From Eledone cirrhosa (taxonomy: Eukaryota): a stretch of DNA of 64,000 nucleotides. A program made the translations under genes and the position numbers. The notes beneath the pieces were generated by a model, which saw only the letters and a list, made by a program, of their open reading frames with translations, was not told where the DNA came from and ran no database searches. Below are positions 1 through 13,529 of this stretch, in pieces. Within the stretch, counting starts at the first letter, position 1; each line of letters begins with the position of its first letter. Where the stretch lies: positions 558,001 through 622,000 of the forward strand of contig CAXHJY010000973.1 of the NCBI GenBank assembly GCA_964016885.1, in the 5' to 3' direction.

Positions 1-3000
1 ATTAACTACTCTCTACTCCAGTGTAACTATATTAACTACTCTCTACTCCAGTGTAACTATATTAACTACTCTGTACTCCAGTGTAACTATATTAACTACT
101 CTCTACACCAGTGTAACTATATTAACTACTCTGTACTCCAGTGTAACTATATTAACTACTCTCTACTCCAGTGTAACTATATTAACTACTCTATACTCCA
201 GTGTAACGATATTAACTACTCTTTACTCCAGTGTAACTATATTAACTACTCTGTACTCCAGTGTAACCATATTAACTACTCTGTACTTCAGTGTAACTAT
301 ATTAACTACTCTCTACTCCAGTGTAACTATATAAACTACTCTACTCCAGTGTAATTATATTAACTACTCTGTACCCCAGTGTAACTATATTAACTACTCT
401 GTACTCCAGTGTAACTATATTAACTACTCTGTACCCCAGTGTAACTATATTAACTACTCTGTACTCCAGTGTAACTATATTAACTACTCTCTACTCCAGT
501 GTAACTATATTAACTACTCTGTACTCCAGTGTAACTATATTAACTACTCTCTACACCAGTGTAACTATATTAACTACTCTGTACTCCAGTGTAACCATAT
601 TAACTACTCTGTACTTCAGTGTAACTATATTAACTACTCTCTACTCCATTGTAACTATATTAACTACTCTCAACTCCAGTGAAACAATATTAACTACGCT
701 GTAGTCCAGTGTAACCATATTAACTACTCTGTACTTCAGTGTAACCCTATTATTAACTAATCTCTACTCCAGTGTAACCATATTAACTACTCTGTACTTC
801 AGTGTAACTCTATTATTAACTACTCTGTACTCCAGTGTAACTATATTAACTACTCTCTACTCCAGTGTAACTATATTAACTACTCTGTACTCCAGTGTAA
901 CTATATTAACTACTCTGTAATCCAGTGTAACTATATTAACTACTCTCTACTCCAGTGTAACTATATTAACTACTCTGTACCCCAGTGTAACTATATTAAC
1001 TACTCTCTACTCCAGTGTAACCATAGTAACTACTCTCTACTCCAGTGTAACTATATTAACTACTCTATACTCCAGTGTAACTATATTAAATATTCTTTAC
1101 TCCAGTGTAACCATATTAACTACTCTGTACTCCAGTGTAACCATATTAACTACTCTATACTTCAGTGTAACTATATTAACTACTCTCTACTCCAGTGTAA
1201 CTATATTATTAACTACTCTGTACTCCAGTGTAACTATATTACCTACTCTATACTCCAATGTAACTATATTAACTATTCTTTACTCCAGTGTAACTATATT
1301 AACTACTCTGTACTCCAGTGTAACCATATTAACTACTCTGTACTTCAGTGTAACTATATTAACTACTCTCTACTCCAGTGTAACTATATAAACTACTCTC
1401 TACTCCAGTGTAATTATATTAACTACTCTGTACCCCAGTGTAACTATATTAACTACTCTGTACTCCAGTGTAACTATATTAACTACTCTCTACTCCAGTG
1501 TAACTATATTAACTACTCTCTACTCCAGTTTAACTATATTAACTACTCTCTACTCCAGTGTAACTATATTAACTACTCTCTACTCCAGTGTAACTATATT
1601 AACTACTCTCTACTCCAGTGTAAATATATTAACTACTCTGTACTCCAGTGTAACTATATTAACTACTCTCTACACCAGTGTAACTATATTAACTACTCTG
1701 TACTCCCGTGTAACTATATTAACTACTCTCTACTCCAGTGTAACTATATTAACTACTCTATACTCCAGTGTAACGATATTAACTATTCTTTACTCCAGTG
1801 TAATTATATTAACTATTCTTTACTCCAGTGTAACTATATTAACTACTCTGTACTCCAGTGTAACCATATTAACTACTCTGTACTTCAGTGTAACTATATT
1901 AACTACTCTCTACTCCATTGTAACTATATTAACTACTCTCAACTCCAGTGTAACTATATTAACTACTCTGTACCCCAGTGTAACTATATCAACTACTCTG
2001 TACTCCAGTGTAACTATATTAACTACTCTGTACTCCAGTGAAACAATATTAACTAATCTGTACTCCAGTGTAACCATAGTAACTACTCTCTACTCCAGTG
2101 TAACCATATTAACTACGCTGCACTCCAGTGTAACCATATTAACTACGCTGTACTCCAGTCTAACCATATTAACTACGCTGTACTCCAGTGTAACTGTATT
2201 AACTACTCTGTATCCCAGTGTAACTATATTAACTACTCTGTACTTCAGTGTAACTATATTAACTACTCTCTACTCCATTGTAACTATATTAACTACTCTC
2301 AACTCCAGTGTAACTATATTAACTACTCTGTACCCCAGTGTAACTATATTAACTACTCTCTACTCCAGTGTAACCATATTAACTACTCTGTACTTCAGTG
2401 TAACTCTATTATTAACTACTCTGTACTCCAGTGTAACTATATTAACTACTCTCTACTCCAGTGTAACTATATTAACTACTCTGTACTCCAGTGTAACTAT
2501 ATTAACTACTCTGTAATCCAGTGTAACTATATTAACTACTCTCTACTCCAGTGTAACTATATTAACTACTCTGTACCCCAGTGTAACTATATTAACTACT
2601 CTCTACTCCAGTGTAACCATAGTAACTACTCTCTACTCCAGTGTAACTATATTAACTACTCTATACTCCAGTGTAACTATATTAAATATTCTTTACTCCA
2701 GTGTAACCATATTAACTACTCTGTACTCCAGTGTAACCATATTAACTACTCTATACTTCAGTGTAACTATATTAACTACTCTCTACTCCAGTGTAACTAT
2801 ATTATTAACTACTCTGTACTCCAGTGTAACTATATTAACTACTCTGTACTCCAGTGTAACCATATTAACTACTCTGTACTTCAGTGTAACTATATTAACT
2901 ACTCTCTACTCCAGTGTAACTATATAAACTACTCTCTACTCCAGTGTAATTATATTAACTACTCTGTACCCCAGTGTAACTATATTAACTACTCTCTACT

Positions 3001-6000
3001 CCAGTGTAACTATATTACCTACTCTATACTCCAATGTAACTATATTAACTATTCTTTACTCCAGTGTAACTATATTAACTACTCTGTACTCCAGTGTAAC
3101 CATATTACCTACTCTATACTCCAATGTAACTATATTAACTATTCTTTACTCCAGTGTAACTATATTAACTATTCTGTACTTCAGTGTAACTATATTAACT
3201 ACTCTCTACTCCAGTGTAACTATATAAACTACTCTCTACTCCAGTGTAATTATATTAACTACTCTGTACCCCAGTGTAACTATATTAACTACTCTGTACT
3301 CCAGTGTAACTATATTAACTACTCTCTACTCCAGTGTAACTATATTAACTACTCTGTACTCCAGTGTAACTATATTAACTAGTCTCTACTCCAGTGAAAC
3401 TATATTAACTACTCTGTAATCCAGTGTAACTATAGTAACTACTCTGTACCCCAGTGTAACCATATTAACTACTCTGTACTCCAGTGTAACTATATTAACT
3501 ACTCTGTACTCCAGTGTAACTATAATAACTACTCTGTACTCCAGTGTGACTATATTAACTACTCTCTACTCCAGTGTAACCATATTAACTACTCTGTACT
3601 CCAGTGTCACCATATTAACTACTCTATACTTCAGTGTAACTATATTAACTACTCTATACTCCAGTGAAACAATATTAACTACTCTGTACCCCAGTGTAAC
3701 TATATTAACTACTCTGTACTCCAGTGTAACTATATTAACTACTCTCTACTCCAGTGTAACTATATTAACTACTCTGTACTCCAGTGTAACTATATTAACT
3801 ACTCTCTACTCCAGTGAAACTATATTAACTACTCTATACTCCAGTGTAACGATATTAACTATTCTTTACTCCAGTGTAACTATATTAACTATTCTTTACT
3901 CCAGTTTAACTATATTAACTACTCTGTACTCCAGTGTAACTATATTAACTACTCTGTACTCCAGTGTAACCATATTAACTACTCTGTACGCCAGTGTAAC
4001 CATATTAACTACTCTGTACTTCAGTGTAACTATATTAACTACTCTCTACTCCATTGTAACTATATTAACTACTCTCAACTCCAGTGTAACTATATTAACT
4101 ACTCTGTACCACAGTGTATCTATATTAACTACTCTGTACTCCAGTGTAACTATATTAACTACTCTATACTCCAGTGAAACAATATTAACTACTATGTACA
4201 CCAGTGTAACCATATCATTAACTACTCTGTACTCCAGTGTAACTATATTAACTACTCTGTACTCCAGTGAAACAATATTAACTAATCTGTACTCCAGTGT
4301 AACCATAGTAACTACTCTCTACTCCAGTGTAACCATATTAACTACGCTGTACTCCAGTGTAACCATATTAACTACGCTGTACTCCAGTGTAACCATATTA
4401 ACTACGCTGTACTCCAGTGTAACTATATTAAATACTCTGTATCCCAGTGTAACTATATTAACTACTCTGTACCCCAGTGTAACTATATTAACTACTCTGT
4501 ACCCCAGTGTAACTATATTAACTACTCTATACTCCAGTGAAACAATATTAACTACGCTGTAGTCCAGTGTAACCATATTAACTACTCTGTACTTCAGTGT
4601 AACCCTATTATTAACTACTCTCTACTCCAGTGTAATCATATTAACTACTCTGTACTTCAGTGTAACTCTATTATTAACTACTCTGTACTCCAGTGTAACT
4701 ATATTAACTACTCTCTACTCCAGTGTAACTATATTAACTACTCTCTACTCCAGTGTAACTATATTAGCTACTCTCTACTCCTGTGTAACTATATTACCTA
4801 TTCTCTACTTCAGTGTAACTATATTAACTATTCTGTACGCCAGTGTAACTATATTAAGTACTCTCTACTCCAGTGTAACTATATTAACTACTCTGTACTC
4901 CAGTGTAACTATATTAACTACTCTGTAATCCAGTGTAACTATATTAACTACTCTCTACTCCAGTGTAACTATATTAACTACTCTGTACCCCAGTGTAACT
5001 ATATTAACTACTCTCTACTCCAGTGTAACCATAGTAACTACTCTCTACTCCAGTGTAACTATATTAACTACTCTATACTCCAGTGTAACTATATTAAATA
5101 TTCTTTACTCCAGTGTAACCATATTAACTACTCTGTACTCCAGTGTAACCATATTAACTACTCTATACTTCAGTGTAACTATATTAACTACTCTCTACTC
5201 CAGTGTAACTATATTATTAACTACTCTGTACTCCAGTGTAACTATATTACCTACTCTATACTCCAATGTAACTATATTAACTATTCTTTACTGCAGTGTA
5301 ACTATATTAACTACTCTGTACTCCAGTGTAACCATATTAACTACTCTGTACTTCAGTGTAACTATATTAACTACTCTCTACTCCAGTGTAACTATATAAA
5401 CTACTCTCTACTCCAGTGTAATTATATTAACTACTCTGTACCCCAGTGTAACTATATTAACTACTCTGTACTCCAGTGTAACTATATTAACTACTCTCTA
5501 CTCCAGTGTAACTATATTAACTAGTCTCTACTCCAGTGAAACGATATTAACTACTCTGTAATCCAGTGTAACTATAGTAACTACTCTGTACCCCAGTGTA
5601 ACCATATTAACTACTCTGTACTCCAGTGTAACTATATTAACTACTCTGTACTCCAGTGTAACTATATTAACTACTCTGTACTCAAGTGTAACTATATTAA
5701 CTACTCTCTACTCCAGTGTAACCATATTAACTACTCTGTACTCCAGTGTCACCATATTAACTACTCTATACTTCAGTGTAACTATATTAACTACTCTATA
5801 CTCCAGTGAAACAATATTAACTACTCTGTACCCCAGTGCAACTATATTAACTACTCTTTACTCCAGTGTAACTATATTAACTACTCTTTACTCCAGTGTA
5901 ACTATATTAACTACTCTGTACCCCAGTGTATCTATATTAACTACTCTGTACTCCAGTGTAACTATATTAACTACTCTCTACTCCAGTGTAACTATATTAA

Positions 6001-9000
6001 CTACTCTGTACTCCAGTGTAACTATATTAACTACTCTCTACTCCAGTGAAACTATATTAACTACTCTGTAATCCAGTGTAACTATAGTAACTACTCTGTA
6101 CCCCAGGGTAACCACTTTAACTACTCTGTAATCCAGTGTAACTATAGTAACTACTCTGTACGCCAGTGTAACCATATTAACTACTCTGTACTCCAGTGTC
6201 ACCATATTAACTACTCTATACTTCAGTGTAACTATATTAACTACTCTCTACTCCAGTTTAACTATATTAACTACTCTCTACTCCAGTGTAACTATATTAA
6301 CTACTCTCTACTCCAGTGTAACTATATTAACTACTCTCTACTCCAGTGTAAATATATTAACTACTCTGTACTCCAGTGTAACTATATTAACTACTCTCTA
6401 CACCAGTGTAACTATATTAACTACTCTGTACTCCAGTGTAACTATATTAACTACTCTCTACTCCAGTGTAACTATATTAACTACTCTATACTCCAGTGTA
6501 ACGATATTAACTATTCTTTACTCCAGTGTAACTATATTAACTACTCTGTACTCCAGTGTAACCATATTAACTACTCTGTACTTCAGTGTAACTATATTAA
6601 CTACTCTCTACTCCATTGTAACTATATTAACTACTCTCAACTCCAGTGTAACTATATTAACTACTCTGTACCCCAGTGTAACTATATCAACTACTCTGTA
6701 CTCCAGTGTAACTATATTAACTACTCTGTACTCCAGTGAAACAATATTAACTAATCTGTACTCCAGTGTAACCATAGTAACTACTCTCTACTCCAGTGTA
6801 ACCATATTAACTACGCTGCACTCCAGTGTAACCATATTAACTACGCTGTACTCCAGTCTAACCATATTAACTACGCTGTACTCCAGTGTAACTGTATTAA
6901 CTACTCTGTATCCCAGTGTAACTATATTAACTACTCTGTACCCCAGTGTAACTATATTAACTACTCTATACTCCAGTGAAACAATATTAACTACGCTGTA
7001 GTCCAGTGTAACCATATTAACTACTCTGTACTTCAGTGTAACCCTATTATTAACTACTCTCTACTCCAGTGTAACCATATTAACTACTCTGTACTTCAGT
7101 GTAACTCTATTATTAACTACTCTGTACTCCAGTGTAACTATATTAACTACTCTCTACTCCAGTGTAACTATATTAACTACTCTTTACTCCAGTGTAACTA
7201 TATTAACTACTCTGTACCCCAGTGTAACTATATTAACTACTCTGTACTCCAGTGTAACTATATTAACTACTCTGTACTCCAGTGTAACTATATTAACTAC
7301 TCTCTACTCCAGTGTAACTATATTAACTACTCTCTACTCCAGTGTAACTATATTAACTACTCTGTAATCCAGTGTAACTATATTAACTACTCTCTACTCC
7401 AGTGTAACTATATTAACTACTCTCTACTCCAGTGTAACTATAGTAACTACTCTGTACCCCAGTGTAACTATATTAACTACTCTCTACTCCAGTGTAACCA
7501 TAGTAACTACTCTCTACTCCAGTGTAACTATATTAACTACTCTATACTCCAGTGTAACTATATTAAATATTCTTTACTCCAGTGTAACCATATTAACTAC
7601 TCTGTACTCCAGTGTAACCATATTAACTACTCTATACTTCAGTGTAACTATATTAACTACTCTCTACTCCAGTTTAACTATATTATTAACTACTCTGTAC
7701 TCCAGTGTAACTATATTACCTACTCTATACTCCAATGTAACTATATTAACTATTCTTTACTCCAGTGTAACTATATTAACTACTCTGTACTCCAGTGTAA
7801 CCATATTAACTACTCTGTACTTCAGTGTAACTATATTAACTACTCTGTACCCCAGTGTAACCATATTAACTACTCTGTACTCCAGTGTAACTATATTAAC
7901 TACTCTCTACTCCAATGTAACCATATTAACTACTCTGTACTCCAGTGTCACCATATTAACTACTCTATACTTCAGTGTAACTATATTAACTACTCTATAC
8001 TCCAGTGAAACAATATTAACTACTCTGTACCTCAGTGTAACTATATTAACTACTCTCTACTCCAGTGTAACTATATTAACTACTCTTTACTCCAGTGTAA
8101 CTATATTAACTACTCTGTACTCCAGTGTAACTATATTAACTACTCTGTACTCCAGTGTAACTATATTAACTACTCTGTACTCCAGTGTAACTATATTAAC
8201 TACTCTTTACTCCAGTGTAACTATAGTAACTACTCTGTACCCCAGGGTAACCACTTTAACTACTCTGTAATCCAGTGTAACTATATTAACTACTCTGTAC
8301 TCCAGTGTAACCATATTAACTACTCTGTACTCCAGTGTCACCATATTAACTACTCTATACTCTAGTGTAACTATTAACTACTCTCTACTCCAGTGTAACT
8401 ATATTAAGTACTCTGTACTTCAGTGTAACTATATTAACTACTCTCTACTCCAGTTTAACTATATTAACTACTCTCTACTCCAGTGTAACTATATTAACTA
8501 CTCTCTACTCCAGTGTAACTATATTAACTACTCTCTACTCCAGTGTAACTATATTAACTACTCTGTACTCCAGTGTAACTATATTAACTACTCTCTACAC
8601 CAGTGTAACTATATTAACTACTCTGTACTCCAGTGTAACTATATTAACTACTCTATACTCCAGTGTAACGATATTAACTATTCTTTACTCCAGTGTAACT
8701 ATATTAACTATTCTTTATTCCAGTGTAACTATATTAACTACTCTGTACTCCAGTGTAACCATATTAACTACTCTGTACTCCAGTGTAACCATATTAACTA
8801 CTCTGTACTTCAGTGTAACTATATTAACTACTCTCTACTCCATTGTAACTATATTAACTACTCTCAACTCCAGTGTAACTATATTAACTACTCTGTACCC
8901 CAGTGTAACTATATTAACTACTCTGTACTCCAGTGTAACTATATTAACTACTCTATACTCCAGTGAAACAATATTAACTACTATGTACACCAGTGTAACC

Positions 9001-10690
9001 ATATTATTAACAACTCTGTACTCCAGTGTAACTATATTAACTACTCTGTACTCCAGTGAAACAATATTAACTAATCTGTACTCCAGTGTAACCATAGTAA
9101 CTACTCTCTACTCCAGTGTAACCATATTAACTACGCTGTACTCCAGTGTAAACATATTAACTACGCTGTACTCCAGTGTAACCATATTAACTACGCTGTA
9201 CTCCAGTGTAACTATATTAACTACTCTGTATCCCAGTGTAACTATATTAACTACTCTGTACCACAGTGTAACTATATTAACTACTCTATACTCCAGTGAA
9301 ACAATATTAACTACGCTGTAGTCCAGTGTAACCATATTAACTACTCTGTACTTCCGTGTAACCCTATTATTAACTACTCTCTACTCCAGTGTAACCATAT
9401 TAACTACTCTGTACTTCAGTGTAACTCTATTATTAACTACTCTGTACTCCAGTGTAACTATATTAACTACTCTCTACTCCAGTGTAACTATATTAACTAC
9501 TCTCTACTCCAGTGTAACTATATTAACTACTCTCTACTCCAGTGTAACTATTTTACCTACTCTCTACTCCAGTGTAACTATATTACCTATTCTCTACTCC
9601 AGTGTATCTATATTAACTACTCTGTACTCCAGTGTAACTATATTAACTATTCTGTACGCCAGTGTAACTATATTAACTACTCTCTACTCCAGTGTAACTA
9701 TATTAACTACTCTATACTCCAGTGTAACTATATTAAATATTCTTTACTCCAGTGTAACCATATTAACTACTCTGTACTCCAGTGTAACCATATTAACTAC
9801 TCTATACTTCAGTGTAACTATATTAACTACTCTCTACTCCAGTGTAACTATATTATTAACTACTCTGTACTCCAGTGTAACTATATTACCTACTCTATAC
9901 TCCAATGTAACTATATTAACTATTCTTTACTCCAGTGTAACCATATTAACTACTCTGTACTTCAGTGTAACTATATTAACTACTCCCTACTCCAGTGTAA
10001 CTATATAAACTACTCTCTACTCCAGTGTAATTATATTAACTACTCTGTACCCCAGTGTAACTATATTAAATACTCTGTACTCCAGTGTAACTATATTAAC
10101 TACTCTATACTCCAGTGAAACAATATTAACTACCCTGTACCCCAGTGTAACTATATTAACTACTCTCTACTCCAGTGTAACTATATTAACTACTCTTTAC
10201 TCCAGTGTGACTATATTAACTACTCTGTACCCCAGTGTAACTATATTAACTACTCTGTACTCCAGTGTAACTATATTAACTACTCTCTACTCCAGTGTAA
10301 CTATATTAACTACTCTGTACTCCAGTGTAACTATATTAACTAGTCTCTACTCCAGTGAAACTATATTAACTACTCTGTAATCCAGTGTAACTATAGTAAC
10401 TACTCTGTACCCCAGTGTAACCATATTAACTACTCTGTACTCCAGTGTAAATATATTAACTACTCTCTACTCCAGTGTAACCATAGTAACTACTCTCTAC
10501 TCCAGTGTAACTATATTAACTACTCTCTACTCCAGTGTAACTATATTAACTACTCTTTACTCCAGTGTGACTATATTAACTACTCTGTACCCCAGTGTAA
10601 CTATATTAACTACGCTGTACTCCAGTGTAACTATATTAACTACTCTCTACCCCAGTGTAACTATATTAACTACTCTCTACTCCAGTGTAA
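1..10690. repeat. Higher-order block, copy 1 of a duplication with ~13.5-14.0-kb offset (left end lies outside the window)
   Basis: The order of rare variants matches 13530-24490. Offsets are 13529/13531 at the CTCTACACC markers (91 vs 13620, 539 vs 14070), 13654 (ORFs 4046/17700, 4319/17973), 13984 (6788/20772) and 13954 (8835/22789, 9108/23062). Confidence 0.93.
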
Positions 10691-13529
10691 CTATATTAAC
10701 TACTCTGTACTCCAGTGTAACTATATTAACTACTCTGTAACCCAGTGTAACTATATTAACTACTCTCTACTCCAGTGTAACTATATTAACTACTCTCTAC
10801 TCCAGTGTAACTATATTAACTACTCTCTACTCCAGTGTAACTACATTAACTATTCTGTACTCCAGTGTAACTATATTAACTACTCTCTACTCCAGTGTAA
10901 CTATATTAACTACTCTATACTCCAGTGTAACTATATTAACTACTCTCTACTCCAGTGTAACTACATTAACTATTCTGTACTCCAGTGTAACTATATTAAC
11001 TACTCTCTACTCCAGTGTAACTATATTAACTACTCTCTACTCCAGTGTAACTATATTAACTACTCTATACTCCAGTGTAACTATATTAACTATTCTTTAC
11101 TCCAGTGTAACTATATTAACTACTCTCTACTCCAGTGTAACTATATTAACTACTCTCTACTCCAGTGTAACTATATTAGCTACTCTGTACTTCAGTGTAA
11201 CTATATTAACTACTCTCTACTCCAGTGTAACTATATAAACTACTCTGTACCCCAGTGTAACTATATTAACTACTCTGTACTCCAGTGTAACTATATTAAC
11301 TACTCTATACTCCAGTGAATCAATATTAACTACTATGTACACCAGTGTAACCATATTATTAACTACTCTGTACTCCAGTGTAACCCTATTATTAACTACT
11401 CTGTACTCCAGTGTAACTATATTGACTACTCTGTACTCCAGTGAAACAATATTAACTAATCTGTACGCCAGTGTAACCATAGTAACTACACTCTACTCCA
11501 GTGTAACCATATTAACTACGCTGTACTCCAGTGTAACCATATTGACTACGCTGTACTCCAGTGTAACCATATTAACTACTCTGTACTCCAGTGTAACTAT
11601 ATTAACTACTCTATACTCTAGTGTAACTATTAACTACTCTGTACTTCAGTGTAACTATATTAACTACTCTGTACTTCAATGTAACTATATTAACTACTCT
11701 GTACTTCAGTGTAACTATATTAACTACTCTGTACTCCAGTGTAACTATATTAACTACTCTGTACTCCAGTGTAACTATATTAACTACTCTCTACTTCAGT
11801 GTAACAATATTACCTACTCTCTACTCCAGTGTAACTATATTAACTACTCTCTACTCCAGTGTAACTATATTACCTACTCTCTACTCCAGTGTAACTATAT
11901 TAACTACTCTGTACTCCAGTGTAACCATATTAACTACTCTGTAATCCAGTGTAACTATAGTAACTACTCTGTACGCCAGTGTAACCATATTAACTACTCT
12001 GTACTCCAGTGTCACCGTATTAACTACTCTATACTTCAGTGTAACTATATTAACTACTCTCTACTCCAGTGTAACTATGTTATTAACTACTCTGTACTCC
12101 AGTGTAACTATATTATTAACTACTCTGTACTCCAGTGTAACTATATTACCTACTCTATACTCCAGTTTAACTATATTAACTACTCTCTACTCCAGTGTAA
12201 CTATATTAACTACTCTCTACTCCAGTGTAACTATTTTAACTACTCTGTACTCCAGTGTGACTATATTAACTACTCTCTACTCCAGTGTAACTATATTAAC
12301 TACTCTGTACTCCAATGTAACTATATTAACTACTCTGTACTCCAATGTAACTATATTAACTACTCTCTACTCCAGTGTAACTATATTAACTACTCTATAC
12401 TCCAGTGTAACGATATTAACTATTTTTTACTCCATTGTAACTATATTAACTATTCTTTACTCCAGTGTAACTATATTAACTACTCTGTACTCCAGTGTAA
12501 CCATATTAACTACTCTGTACTTCAGTGTCACTATATTAACTACTCTCTACTCCATTGTAACTATATTAACTACTCTCCACTCCAGTGTAACTATATTAAC
12601 TACTCTGTAGTCCAGTGTAACTATATTAACTACTCTATACTCCAGTGAAACAATATTAACTACTATGTACACCAGTGTAACCATATTATTAACTACTCTG
12701 TACTCCAGTGTAACTATATTAACTACTCTGTACTCCAGTGAAACAATATTAACTAATTTGTACTCCAGTGTAACCATAGTAACTACTCTCTACTCCAGTG
12801 TAACCATATTAACTACGCTGTACTCCAGTGTAACCATATTAACTACGCTGTACTCCAGTGTAACCATATTAACTACGCTGTACTCCAGTGTAACTATATT
12901 AACTACTCTGTACTCCAGTGTAACTATATTAACTACTCTGTACCCCAGTGTAACTATATTAACTACTCTATACTCCAGTGAAACAATATTTACTACTCTC
13001 TACTCCAGTGTAACCATATTAACTACTCTGTACTTCAGTGTAACTCTATTATTAACTACTCTGTACTCCAGTGTAACTATATTAACTACTCTCTACTCCA
13101 GTGTAACTATATTAACTACTCTCTACTCCAGTGTAACTATATTACCTACTCTCTACTCAGTGTAACTATATTACATATTCTCTACTCCAGTGTAACTATA
13201 TTAACTACTCTGTAATCCAGTGTAACTATAGTAACTACTCTGTACCCCAGTGTAACGATATTAACTACTCTGTACTCCAGTGTAACTATATTAACTACTC
13301 TGTACTCCAGTGTAACTATATTAACTACTCTGTACTCCAGTGTAACTATATTAACTACTCTCTACTCCAGTGTAACTATATTAACTACTCTCTACTCCAG
13401 TGTAACCATATTAACTACTCTGTACTCCAGTGTCACCATATTAACTACTCTATACTTCAGTGTAACTATATTAACTACTCTCTACTCCAGTTTAACTATA
13501 TTAACTACTCTCTACTCCAGTGTAACTAT

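Noticed and set aside
24-32. TAACTATA resembles the start of the I-CeuI homing endonuclease site
   Set aside because: Only a short AT-rich match is present and the rest of the site is absent, so it is consistent with chance.
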